The notes below the pieces were generated by a model. The model was not told where the DNA came from. It saw only the letters and a list, made by a program, of their open reading frames with translations, and made no database searches. The position numbers and the translations under genes are program-made. A stretch of DNA of 64,000 nucleotides from Amoebophrya sp. A120 (lineage: Eukaryota > Protista > Dinoflagellata), in NCBI GenBank assembly GCA_905178155.1, contig CAJINV010000001.1, positions 7,075,794-7,139,793 of the forward strand, in the 5' to 3' direction. Below, one piece after another: positions 50,701 to 63,200 of the stretch. How positions within the stretch are numbered: position 1 is the stretch's first letter; each line of letters starts with the position of its first letter.

Positions 50701-53217
50701 CGCTTCTGGTGAGCCCGCCCGGAGCTGGTAAGACCTACCACACGAAAGAAATGTGCCCGAAGCTGGAAGCGGCCGGAGACTCGGTGTACGACTTTGACGG
50801 ATCCAGTGATATTTTGGTCAAGGAAACTCTGTCGGAGCAACTGGACAAAACCATGCGGGGGGAGACGAATCTGCGCACTCGTCAGAAGAAGGTCGCCGAG
50901 GGCGAGCCCGAGCAGTCCAGCGCGTTGCAACAGCAGGGGGGGCGTCGCATCCTGATTCTGGACGAGTACCACTTTCTCTCCGAAGAACAGAAGACGGAGC
51001 TTTTCGATTGGTTGCGCGACAAAAGTAGTCAGGTGACAGTGGTCTTGATCGCAAACCGCATTGACGCCCGCGACCGAAAGAAGTTAACACAGTGCCGCCT
51101 GCTCCGCCAGGAGGGCGAACAGGATGTCGGGTCGTCTAAGAAACAAAGTTCGGCTGCTGGTGCCCCCGCGCACTCGTCGGTGGTCCTGTTGGAAACACGA
51201 TTGACGCAGAAAAAGATCAAGGAGGTGATGCCGAAAATTGTGTCGGCAGCGTGCAACGAGTTTGTGGAAACGTGCATTCTCAAGTGGTTTTTGGCTAGCC
51301 GCCTCGTGTTCGGCGACGAGTCCGTTTCGCTGCGACTGATTTCGGAGCTGTACCAAATTCTTATTGCAAACAACGAACGTCGCAGTCAGCACGAGAACCT
51401 CGAGGCGTTGTTGCTGAACAAAGTTCCCACTCTGTCTCGGTGCAGCGCGACCGAGTTTGTAGGTGCGTTCTTGAAGGATTGCAAGCTGGGGAACAGTTTA
51501 GGCGGCTCCTGTGCCGTCATGTACCAGGTTGCGCTGCTCGACACCAAGGACGAGCTGTGCCCCTACCGCGAATTCACCGAGGTACACATGCCGGAACTCT
51601 CGGCGGTGCCGCCCGTGGTCCGCATGCTGGCCTGGTGCAGCTACATTCTGGAACAGACGGGGCACTCGAACTCCGCTATTGACTTGAGCCCGATTCTGAG
51701 TTGCGAGTACGTGGATCAAGTCGGCTACCCCTTTCAGCTGCAGGTACAACTTGCTCTGTGTCTGTTTTTCAGAAGTAACCAAACGAGTGCGAAAAAGTAT
51801 AAAGCGAGCTCTGATTTATTGGATTTTCTCCTATTGTTGCCTGTATGCACCTACGAGGAACAGATAGAATATCAAATCTAAAACCCTACAGGATCCCGGA
51901 TTGAATCACGCACATGGTCGCGCGTTCTCCTGGGGCGGAGATTTTTCGAACTTGGATGCCATCACGGATGCGGTCAAGCGCGGGCACAGCGTCGACTGGC
52001 GAGATGTGTACCAGCAGCAGTGGTCAAAGAATGACGTCACGGATTTGGAGGCTTATTGCAGGCTGTTGCACGCGGACCGCCGGCCCAGCGCCATACTGAT
52101 GAATACGCGCGCTACAAACCTGCGAAACCTGATGTGCCAAGCAGGAAACACCGCGGATGCCTGCACGCTTGCGCGGTTCATTCTGCAGTACAAGGTTTGC
52201 CAGAAAGAGACGGGTGAACACGACAATCCTTACGCTTTGGCGGTGTGGATTTTGATTCGCGATGACAAAGAGGTAAATGAAGCAAAGGACATTCTTGCCT
52301 TGACCGACCTCAGACAGTCGACCGGCAGTGTTGACGGGTCTCCATCCGGGTCCCGTACGACAGGGAGGAACGCGGTTCCGACGCCGGGCAAAGAGAAGAC
52401 GAACAAAGAAGAAGCGGGAGCAGAGGACGATCAGAAGGATTTTGAGCAAAGCGACCACCCTTACAGTGGTACTAAAAAAGAAAAAGGCAATCAGGACCTC
52501 GGAGTCAAACATCCCAACATGCTTGCCGCCCTGCTGTGGGCGCAGCAGTATTCCTACCAGCAGCGCGTCACGTACGGCGACTCCGCGGCAAAGCGAGAAA
52601 AGTTGCTGCGAGCGTTGCTGAAGCTGGTCAGTACCGACCCGAAGATTTCGGATAAAAGCCTCGGGTGCCTGTGGTCCGGAAGTTTCGCCTGCCTGCTCGA
52701 CGTTCCGAAAGCGGAAGGCACAGAAAAGAAGCAAACCACGTCTTCGTCGAAAAACTCTGGATCCCTTTCTGGGACGAGCAAGCAGGACGACAGCGAGGTT
52801 TCGGTGCAGGTTTTTCGGCGCATTTTGCTGTCGCGGGCGGACAAGGAAACGGACTGGAGCAGCGACGTGCGAGACATGTGGGATCTGTTGCACTATCGGA
52901 TCCAGAGCACCGTGGTGAACCAGATGTGGGAGAGTTCGCGCTTGCGGCACCTGTTCCTGAAGGACCACACCAAGGGACACCAGCTTGACCCAACCGTGAC
53001 TCTCGGTCTCATGCACGTTGTCGGGGGGCGCTTGTCTCTTGCGCTGCAGAAAGCGTTGCTCACCACGGGCAGCGAGATTCCGCCCGTCATCACGATCGAC
53101 AGTTTTTTGCGAACCACCGAAGACCACCTGCGGGTCGTGGAGGCCAAGGACGTTCATTTGGAGCATCCGGACCATTCTTTCTTGCCCAAAATTCTAGAAG
53201 AAATCGAGCAGCGGTGA
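38770..53217 (+). CDS. Giant uncharacterised P-loop NTPase, ~4,690 aa. Exons 38770-44316/44325, 44453-48867, 48962-51743, 51892-53217
   Basis: Four long ORFs (1916, 1453, 967, 438 aa) are linked by phase-compatible GT-AG introns. Walker A LLVSPPGAGKT (~50703-50735), Walker B ILILDEYH (~50949-50972) and a sensor-like VVLIAN. An internally duplicated module is visible by eye. Confidence 0.78.
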
Positions 53218-54047
53218 ATGGAAGGCAAGACGCTGTGATAGATTTGAAAAACATTCATCTTGGCCTCAGTTTCACAGAAGATCTTCTTTTTTGTCTGTCT
53301 TTCGCTTTCCACGCTTCCTTGTCGTATCCTTACTTTAGGTAGTTCTCCTCTACTGGCACAGAAATGGATGCGAGAAATTGCAATATGTCGATTCGAAAAT
53401 CAAAGGACCAAGCACGGAACTTTGGCATTACGGGAAAAGACAAAGATAGATTTACTATTTTCTAGTTTTTAGCAGCTTTCTGCGCAACTCCCCGTTTTAC
53501 CTAGAGACTAGGCTTTGTACATCGCTTGCTCGCTCTTCCGGCTCATTCATCAACATCTATCGGACACTCCCTTATTCCTTTCGAGCGTCCCTGGAAAGAG
53601 AGCACAGTCGATGTTGTCTCGCGGACACCTATTCAACATTTGTGAAGAAAAGATTGAAGCATTTTTCATAGCAAGGACTCATTCTTACCGCCAACGCCAT
53701 TGGAATCGAGAATATCTAGTGTGCTTGTGTACTTACTAGGTTCTGAACCACGTCGCTCGTGTATCCATTGTCGCGACGACTAGTGTGTTATCCTCCTCTC
53801 TGCTTCTGACAGAGAAAACATCGCCGTGGCTCCTTGACCGCTGAAGAAGGTGCAAACCAAACTCATACGGCACTGTGCTCCAGCTGAAATCGAAATCAAT
53901 TTATCCTTCAGGGCACGACCATGATTTGTCAAAACGATCCAACAAAGTTGTTTGCAAAACGTCGACTTTGTTTTCGTTTTTTCATGCATCGTTGTTGTTT
54001 GCATCGTCGTAATTTGAGGAGCCTTTTCATGGAAATATCCACAAAAA

Positions 54048-56345
54048 ATGGCCTCCACGACCACGAACAGTGCCGCCAGCAAAACGCAGAAAGAAACAAA
54101 AACTCCGTCCGAGACCGTCGACGATGAATTTCGCATCGTGCGGCTTTCCGACCTGAGATTTTCGCAGACCTCAATTTCCCGTACTTTTAAGGAGAAAAAT
54201 GGGCCGATCACGAAGCTCCGGGACGAGTTGCGCCACCGGCACCCGGACGACGTTCTGGCTGACTCTCCGCTGGAAGTCGTGTGCCACAAGCGCGAGCTCG
54301 TCAGCATGGATAACAGGCGCCTGTGGTGCATAAAGAATGCTGTCCCCGAGTACCTGCACCACAAAATGCAGCTTCGGGTACGCTACTATCCAAGCGCAAA
54401 CGCCTTTGACGCGAAAAACGGCCCGAAGGCGTTCGATAGCAAGTACAGTTCCCTTACGGGCGGTCGTAGTGTCGTTCTGACCGAGACGCACACTCGTGGC
54501 ATGAATGCGAGAAAGTTCGGAGTTTCCTGCGAGGAGCGGTACATTGTTTGCAGGCCCGAGGTTGCGCGTACGGCTGAGGCGCGCGCTCTCGTGGAGAGCC
54601 TGAAAGAGGAGCATGGGCTGGAGAAGGCCTGCTTCGTAAAAACGAAGAAGGACGACCAGCCTGGTCCTCAAAAGGATGTTTGCGTCGTGACTGGACGGCG
54701 GCAGGACGTGACGATCGCAGGCACAATTCTGCAGAAGGAACTCGGGGAACTCCCGCGACCGGAGGAAGCCACAGTGGCATCGGAAGATGATGAACCAACG
54801 CCGGCCGTCCGACCCGTGCGCAAGCGAAGTGAGGACGCTAGTGGCATTCCCTCAGGGACAGGTGCTCCAGCCGCAAGTGATACGGAAGATCCCTTTGGAC
54901 TGTTTTCACGCGGTGCAAACTTAGGTGCACATAGAGAGAAGGCCGGTAGCGTGGACGTGACCGCTCCACCGGAAAAATCGTACTCTCTATCGTCTTCAGA
55001 TACCTGTGAAAAACAAGATGAGGCGAAATTTGAAGATGACGACTGGGGTTTGAGCTCCGACAGTAGATGGGCGACGGATGAGAACTGGTACAACGATTGG
55101 TCTGGGGAATTTTGGCCGTTCGCGGCCTCCTGGGATGACGCGACCGGTACCGAAGGCGGAGACGGAAGCGCGTCGCTTCTGCAGCAGAGCAGCTGCCCTG
55201 AAGGAGCCTGGCCGTTGTCTACCAGTGCGGATTGTCCACCATCTGTTGAACGTGAACCTGATGAGGCTGCGCGGCCTCAACAGTCAATACCCCAAACAGC
55301 CGCGCCGAGCAGAACGTCCTCTGCCGGTAGTGCTGCATCACTGTCATCTTTTTCAGCGAAGAAGCGTTCGCCTGCACGAGATCACATAGGCAGGCCATCT
55401 GTGGCTGCACCAGCCGCGGGCCTTCTTCCGCGCGCAGAAGATGCTGGAGCTACTATCGCTGGTAACCGCTCGTCCGGAAGGTCGTCAAAGCCTTCTTCTG
55501 AGCCAAACTCACCGCAATCCACCGCTTCCGTCGTAACGCCGCTTTCAAAGAGGAAGCTGTTTCAACAGCCGTCGCAAAGGCGAAAACACGAAGCAGAAAT
55601 AGGAGCTCCAGAGACTTTTCTCGAAGTGCGATCGTTTTTCCATGAAGAATCGGTTATGGTCGCAGTGCTTGCGCACTTGCAGAATGGCGGCCTTGGACAC
55701 AGCTGTGATGGCGCATTGCGTCCCATTCAGAAGTGCGCGCTTCCCCTGCTGCTCGGTCCGGCGCCTATGGGGTGTTCTGCGGAAAGAAACAGAGTATGCT
55801 TGCAAGCGGGGAACCACAGCGGAAAAACCCTGTGCTTGCTGTTGTGCGTTTTGAAATTCCTTACGAACGGTGGTACACCCATGGCAAAGGTGATGGTCGT
55901 CACCCAAGATAGGAAGAAAAAGTGCAACTTTGCGCAGCAACTTTGCAAAGTTTTGACCGCTGTGCGGTTTTGGGATGCGGACGCAGCAGATGCCACCATG
56001 CACGCAATGAGCGGTTCTACGCGCAAGACAGAAGCGTTTAGAAGGGCCCTCATGAGGGACGACCAGAATTTTGTGCTGATCGCAGAAAGTGCTGAGATCT
56101 TAGGCGACATCATGGACCGACGTGGGCAGCTGCGATCCCTGCAACGCAGCTTTGATTTGGTTGTTTGCGACGATTTCGACTTCTATGCGCAGCCGTCAAT
56201 TTGGTTGCGAGCGCTACTGAAGGAATCCGCGTTTCGGGATGTCCGCATGGTGTTTGCGACCGGTAGTGAGGGAAACAATAGGAACAGAGACGCGCTGCCC
56301 GATGGTGTTTGTTTTGTGAGTCAGAAAGGAGTGTCGATATCTTGA
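54048..56345 (+). CDS. Intronless 765-aa protein: N-terminal ParB/Srx-like domain, possible KH-like domain, S/P-rich linker, C-terminal degenerate DEAD-box-like RecA1 domain
   Basis: LRFSQTSIS..F...PLEVV.....VSMDNRRLWC resembles the ParB-like (RFSQ...DNRRL) family. The C-terminus has a Q-motif-like LRPIQKCALP, motif I AGNHSGKT, motif II-like LVVCDDFD and motif III-like FATG. No second RecA domain precedes the stop. Confidence 0.7.
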   Translation: MASTTTNSAASKTQKETKTPSETVDDEFRIVRLSDLRFSQTSISRTFKEKNGPITKLRDELRHRHPDDVLADSPLEVVCHKRELVSMDNRRLWCIKNAVPEYLHHKMQLRVRYYPSANAFDAKNGPKAFDSKYSSLTGGRSVVLTETHTRGMNARKFGVSCEERYIVCRPEVARTAEARALVESLKEEHGLEKACFVKTKKDDQPGPQKDVCVVTGRRQDVTIAGTILQKELGELPRPEEATVASEDDEPTPAVRPVRKRSEDASGIPSGTGAPAASDTEDPFGLFSRGANLGAHREKAGSVDVTAPPEKSYSLSSSDTCEKQDEAKFEDDDWGLSSDSRWATDENWYNDWSGEFWPFAASWDDATGTEGGDGSASLLQQSSCPEGAWPLSTSADCPPSVEREPDEAARPQQSIPQTAAPSRTSSAGSAASLSSFSAKKRSPARDHIGRPSVAAPAAGLLPRAEDAGATIAGNRSSGRSSKPSSEPNSPQSTASVVTPLSKRKLFQQPSQRRKHEAEIGAPETFLEVRSFFHEESVMVAVLAHLQNGGLGHSCDGALRPIQKCALPLLLGPAPMGCSAERNRVCLQAGNHSGKTLCLLLCVLKFLTNGGTPMAKVMVVTQDRKKKCNFAQQLCKVLTAVRFWDADAADATMHAMSGSTRKTEAFRRALMRDDQNFVLIAESAEILGDIMDRRGQLRSLQRSFDLVVCDDFDFYAQPSIWLRALLKESAFRDVRMVFATGSEGNNRNRDALPDGVCFVSQKGVSIS

Positions 56346-56727
56346 TTCTTGTGAGGTCGTCTCAAAGAAGCCGGTGTGTCGGACTTCTGACTAATCTTGC
56401 AGCGCTGTGATTTCGACGGTGCACATCAACTGTGCTCATTTTTCGATCGTTGCGGTTGATATTCCACATACACAGTCACGCATTTTTTATCTAACCTGCT
56501 ACGGATGAACGCCAAGCCTTGCTATATCTATGGGAGTGTTCGTGTCGGAGACCTGATTTTGAGAAGGCAAGTCCGCTGGTTTTGAACATTTTACTTACTC
56601 GGTTTCTTTGTCGCACTCTGCGAGCGAATGTGATTTGCTATTCGTGCAAAAGCATGCGAGTGATCATTCTTGCTCGGAGCGAGAAGCACTTGCAATTTCG
56701 AAAAGAATTTTACTGGCTGAGCATGAG

Positions 56728-56792
56728 AGTAGTGAGACAGAGTCAGAGACGTGCGTGAGTGTCAGAGACGCAGAGAGAGAGAAGTAGAAGAG
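56728..56792. repeat. Low-complexity GA/AG-rich tract with a duplicated GTCAGAGACG unit
   Basis: gtgagacagagtcagagacgtgcgtgagtgtcagagacgcagagagagagaagtagaagag in the intergenic region. Confidence 0.5.
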
Positions 56793-57213
56793 ACTGCCTG
56801 GGGTACATCAGTGTTGAATTAGCGCAAATAGCCGTTTTGGAATTCGAATCTTCGCAGGACCCAATTTTACTCTTTTTGCATGTGACTACACCTATTCGGT
56901 TTCACTTTATGCGACTACTCTAGCTACCCGCAGAACTACCTTTTTGTGTCCAGAACTTCGTCATAGCTCGTCTCTAGCTCTTGCCGTCTACCCTCAAGTT
57001 CCTTTCTAAAACGTCATTGCCAACCGAAAGGCATCCCGAATTATACGAGTGCACTTTGCAACCCGTAGCGAACAGATACAGAGATTTTTTTAAAAAAAGG
57101 AGAAAAAAAAAGAAAGCACACGCCTGGTGTCGTGGAAAACGCATCAGGGCGGGTCGATGAGTCTCATCGGTTGATGATGGGCGAAGACAGCATCGGACAG
57201 TTCGCATAAGAGT

Positions 57214-60200
57214 ATGCGACGGTTGCTTCACACTGGTCTCGCCGCGTTCAGTGTCGGGGGTCAGTACCAGGAAGGCGGATCCTCCTCCAGTCGTTCGACG
57301 CGCTTCATCCCGCCACGGGAGAAGCAGAAGCCGGAGAGCGATGGCAAAGATCCGACCGGAGCGCAGCAGCAGTCCTCTGGTGCGGAGGACGGCAGGAGGA
57401 AGACTTCTGCTGCCGAGGAGGGCAGTAGATCCACCGACGTTAAAAACCAACACTTAAACGCGGCCGCGGACGCGGAAGACAAACGGGTATTGAAGGACTC
57501 AATAAAGCAAGACCAAGAACCCCCGCTTCCGAAGGACCCCGGGAAACCCGGCAACTTCCGGAAGCCGGACCCGGATTCCGACATCCGAGACCGAAAACTA
57601 TTGCATGCCAAACGAAGAAGAACTGCCGATGAACAGTCGTACCGCCCGGAAGGAGCCCTGCCGGGTGTCGAGGACAGTAATGTTGATCGATACCAAGATG
57701 CACTACCACCATCTCCCGAAGATTATGTCGACGCCGAGGAGGCGTCCCCCCTTTCCTCCGACGAAATGCTCGACCCTGGAGCAGACTACTGGGCGGAACA
57801 GGACCGCATCAGTGGCACCTTGCCCCACACCAAGAAGTTCAACCACGTGGCGAACCCGGAAATCCACATCAGTGGGGATCTGGACTCTTTTTCCCACGGC
57901 CAGCGGATCGGCATGGCACGCATGCTCGCCCAGCGGGCAGCGGACGAGCAGCGCGTTACTGTGCAAGGAGAGCCCGTGGAGTTGTTCTTGGGCGTTGGCC
58001 AGTACAAAGATCTGGACCTCTCAAAATCTTCCCGCTGCGCCAGCGAGGACGAGCACTGCGAAGCGAATAAACAAGCGGCATCAACAGCACCAAGTGCAAT
58101 GTCGCAAGTAGCTGGCGCGGCCGCGGCAATATCCGCGTCGGCGGACAGCGAAGAAGTGGACGACCCAGTAGAGCCACAGAGACAGTTGCGCGACTACCAC
58201 CCAGCGTTCCAGCAGGAGCTGCAACGGGAATACGAAAAGAAGAAGCGCGCAGATCATGACCAATTGCTTGGAGGTCAATCCGCAGCAAAACAGACTTCTG
58301 AAAAAGCCGAAGCTGCTGCCTCTCCCCGTCAACTTGCAGCGCAGCCGTCTGGATCCACGTGGGACTGGATCAATCTGCAGGGAAACGTGCCGACGACCAC
58401 GACCATCAATGGCCCGGACATCGTCGGTACGCCAACGCTGAAGGATGTACCCATAATTGGGTACGCGAGCACCAATCTGTGGCTGCAGAACGAGATCATC
58501 GTCAACCTGCAACAGCCGAACAGGTTCGGGTCCGGCGCGCATCCGGATCCCAAGATGAAGTTCGTCGACGGCGAAATCAGTGCGCGCGAACAGTGCCAGG
58601 ACTTCCAGGGCCGGGACGTGCGCATGGGCGTGACGGACTTTGCCGGGACGGTGTCGTTTGGCATCTCCGGGCAGTACGCCAACCACACGAAACTTTTCGA
58701 CGCCGATTTGAACGTGAACAATCCAGAGCTGCTGCAGGGCAGCAATCAGAACTTCGCCTTCATGCACGGGGGGAATTACAAGGTGTGCTACGCGCCCGAC
58801 GGGGATTTCGTCAGCACGTCTCCGCGAACCACGGCACTGATCACCTCCTTGTGGCTGCCGTCGCCGATGCTGGTGTACGGGGTCAGGTCGGATTGCTTGA
58901 ACAGCCCAACCTGCATCAAGGACGAGCAGTGGCACTGCTGGTACCCCGGACTCAGCGACCAGGCAGCGGACTGCAACTTCGCATTTACAGGTAGAAACTT
59001 TATTTGGTTGAAAGTTTCGCAATCTGCTTGTCATCAAATACAGTCATGTTTCGTGGTCAAACAATGTCATCAATCAAAGCGTAGTACGCATAAAAATTAT
59101 CGGGATTACGGAAACTCTGTTGTCTAATTCATTTCAACAAACTTCAAAATTGCACAACAGGTCAGAAATTCCGTGTCGGGTTTTCTCTGTTCGCTAGCAC
59201 GGTCTCGAAGATGACGTGGACCGGGCTGTACAGTGGGGAGCAGTATGACAACAACGGTACCATCACAACCCCCGCGACGCCGACGGAGTGCCGAGCGTCC
59301 GAGCCGGTGAGCACCATTTGGCAGCCGTACCCGTCGACCTTCGTAGAGATGACGGGGGTGAAGATCGCGACGATGCCCAAGGTCGCGCACGACCAGACCG
59401 GCACCTTCACCATGCGGGTGTGTTACTGCGGCGACTACGCGGAGTCCGGCAACAAGTGCGATGGCCGGGCGGAGTTCATCCAGGCCTTTGGGCGGCTGTA
59501 CTTCTGGCGGATGAACGTCTGCGACTACGAAAACGCGTTAAGCTCGACTTGCATCACCAATCCGTACATTCGCGTGATCCCGCACCAGAAGTTCGTGATC
59601 CAAATCACCTGTCCGATGGGCGGCGCCTGCAAGCCGGACGACAACAACCGCATCGGGATTCTGGCGACGCAAGACTTTAACGATTTCCCCAGCTGGGACC
59701 CGTCTGCGGGCTGCATGGGCACGGCGATCGACGACAAGTTCGTGCACTGGCCGAACCGAGCGACGCAAATGCGGAAGCTGGGGGGTGGGGCCCGCATGGA
59801 TTACAAAGTCTGGCGCGACGTACAGCCGAGGCTCGACTTCGCGCCGGGCGAGAAGAAGGACATCTGCTACTGCCAGAACGACTGCTCGCAGCAGGCCAAC
59901 ATGAACTGGTTCAAGATTGGCCACGTGATCGGCGCGAACTTCGCACTGGGTAGCGCCGAGGGCGCGGACGGGACGGCTTTAGCGGCAAACCATCTGCTTC
60001 GGTACACGGGAAAACCAGGCGCAGTCGTGTTTTACGGTGGCACAACGACGCCGTTCTACATGCCCGCGAACCCGACCACGAATGCGCAAAAGGAACTCTG
60101 GAAGAACGACTACCCGGCCTACGGTGATGGACAAAGGTACAGTGGCACCGCGAAAGCGAAGATCTTTCCCTACGATTTTGGCCAGGTGCCAGGCACGAGT

Positions 60201-63200
60201 CCGGCAAAGACGGTGGAGCAGTACTACGGCTACGACACGGTCCACGTGGAGCAGAAAAACCGACAGGAGCAGATGGACATCTACTGCAACAACGAGAACA
60301 ATGTGCCGGTGACCTTGGATACCACGTTAGCAGACCAACTGCCGCAAGCGTCGGATAACATTGCGGGAGATGCAAACGCGGTTTCCAGGTACCACGCCTT
60401 CACGAACGGCGGAACGCAGCGAACCACGATGAAAAAACCGGGGATCGTCGGCATTTGCTACTGCAGCATTCTGGCCGCGAACGGGAGCTGCGACAAGGGC
60501 AACGACGTCAACTGGCGGTTTGCAACGCTTTTGATGATCAGTGGGCCCTTGCCGAACCAAGTCTGGTCGCTCCCCATCGATGCAGTGTCTAGAATCATCC
60601 TGCAGGGTATAGTGAAATACCGCTTCACACTTATCGTTTTTCTCTTTATCTTTTAACAAGCATGCCTTTGCATCAAAGGCCTCCTGAAAGTGGCCACAGC
60701 CTCGTCAAAAATGGACATCAGGGAAGCGAATTTTCGATCATAAAACTCCTTCAGGTTCGGGTTTCGATGAGGGTGACGTTCTTCGCATAGTACCGAACAA
60801 CGTGCAGTGCACCGACAACAGCAACAATCCCGCGCCGGACACAAGTTACAAGATTGGCTGCCCGTCTGTGGAAGGAACAGGCTGTATCACCACGAACGGT
60901 TGCCCCGCGACGTCCGGTATCACCTGTCGATCGGCGTCGGCTACCGACGGACAGTACGGAAGTTTCATCTACCTGCAAACTCTCGGCAAGAACCAAATTA
61001 CCCCGCCAATAGGGATCGAGTCCGTCGCAACGCAATTCTGTATTTTTTACTTTTGCTTGTTTCCGATGTGCGCATGCTCTCTCATCAATCTTCAGGTTCA
61101 GCTCCGCTTCATATTCGCTCTGAAATTGAAAATTTGAATTTTCTTCCCATGTTGCCACAAAAAAAAATCAAAACTCCTAAAATCACGAACAGCCACGAAA
61201 GACTACACGGTGCTGAAGTTCACCGGGAACATTCAGTTTTCCGGCCTGAAGGAGGGCGACACGCTGCTGATTGACAAGAATGATTTGATCATTAACGACA
61301 AGGACGCCGCCGCGCAGGACATAAGTCTCTGGAAGCTGAACAGCCGCATGCGGGAGGTCGCGAACGTGTTCACCAACAACTTTCAGCCGGAAGATGTTCC
61401 GGACCCGACCATCAGCGACAAGCGGACGAACCCGATCGGTTGGAAGGTGAAGTTCTACGGCGCGAACGACGTTAGGATTCCGGACGTGGACAAGGCGAAG
61501 TATCTCTCCATCCCTCTCCGCTGGAACGAGTTCATGGGGTCGGTGACCGTTGCGGGGCAGATCTACTGGTACCAGTACCCCTACACCATCAGCTTCAAGG
61601 ACAACTCCGGCCGCTGGCTGCGCTCTTCCGCGACGCAGTCCAACGCCGAGATCAAGGGGAAAACGGTGACCAACACGGCCGCCCCGCTCCGCGTATGCTG
61701 GGGCCGGCTGGAGGGGAGTCAGCCGAAGTTCTACGCGGATGCCGGGCAACTCACCTTTTTCCAGGCTCCCGCGATGGCCAAGGCGCACGTCAGTTTGACC
61801 AGCACCAAGCAGCAGGGGTACGCGCCGATCATCATTTCTTTCGAAACCTCCTCCACCGCAACGACCTACAAGCAGTACTCGATCGGGTATCAGCACCAAA
61901 TCACGCTGCGGTTCAAGGACCTGGAAAAGATCGACCCGCGGAAGAACACCGACCACTCCCCCGTCGTTGTGCCTCAGCCCATGGACAGCGGCGAGGTGCA
62001 AGAGCTGGACGCGTTTCAGGGTATAGTTTTTTGGAAAAATTTATCTTTTTCTTCGTCCTCTGTGTGGGATAAAAGAAATCCACAATTATTCGCACAGCTA
62101 GAACAAGCCTCTCCCGATTCCAAAATGTTAAAGAAGATCATGCCTTGCAAAATAACTCAAAAACAGACATCTGCGGTATGCTGTTCGTGGAGATGTGGAG
62201 TAACGATCGCGAGGGCTTCCCGATGCCTAAGGGCTGCTATTACAGCCGGAAATATCGAGACGCGTCAGAGGGGAACGCAATCAACCTGCAGTGGCGCGAG
62301 ATTTCCATCGTCTTTCCCTTCTCGAACGGCCTCAAGCACATTTGCCAGAGCCACGCCAACCAGGCGATCGCGTGTCGGTACCAGCTGGTGTTGAACGCGT
62401 ACATTGGCGCGCAGTCCATCCTGGTCGCCAACGACAACCTGGTCGACGTGTACACGAAGTGCCCGCGGTGCGGCGCCAACGGCCGCGACGTGATGTTCGA
62501 GCGAGGAATCACCACACTGAATGCCGACTCCCCGACCGGCGGCTCTCTGGCGCCGGGTGACAACACGTCCCCCAACTTGGAGCAGTTCATTGTGCCCAAT
62601 CCCGCGACGAGTGCGGTGAAGGACGCCACCTGGGACGTGTTTGATTTGACTTCGAACACCGTGGTGGACGCCCAGCTCGTCGCGGGCGACGGCTTGCAGA
62701 GCATCAGTGCGGGGAACTACCTGCGGTTGTACCTCTTCCCGCTTCTGATGTGGGAGGTCCCCACCGCCGCGTGCTCGGTTCTGTGTGTGGATTACACGGT
62801 GGCAAACACGGTGTACAAGTGCGGGACGACGGACCAGGTGAACCCCACTTTGGAGGTGGCGATCGCGTCGCTGACGCCGTTCGCGAGGAGGAACTACCTA
62901 AAAATCCGCATGCCGGAGACCATGACGGACGTCGTGTCCACCACGATAAAACACGGGATCCAGATCTCCTCACTAGACTTCCCCCCCGGCGGGTTCTTCA
63001 ACGTGCGCATGGGCGTGCAGCTCACGGACTCAGCGGATTTGAAGCCGGTGTACAAACCCTCTACCGGATTGATGTACAAGGCAACCGGGACCGGCGGACA
63101 CACGACCGGGCGGATCGTGATCAACGGCGCCACCGGGTATGGGATCGCCCCCTTTCACTCCGACATCCGGAACGAACTCTACGTGAGGTTGCAATTGGGC

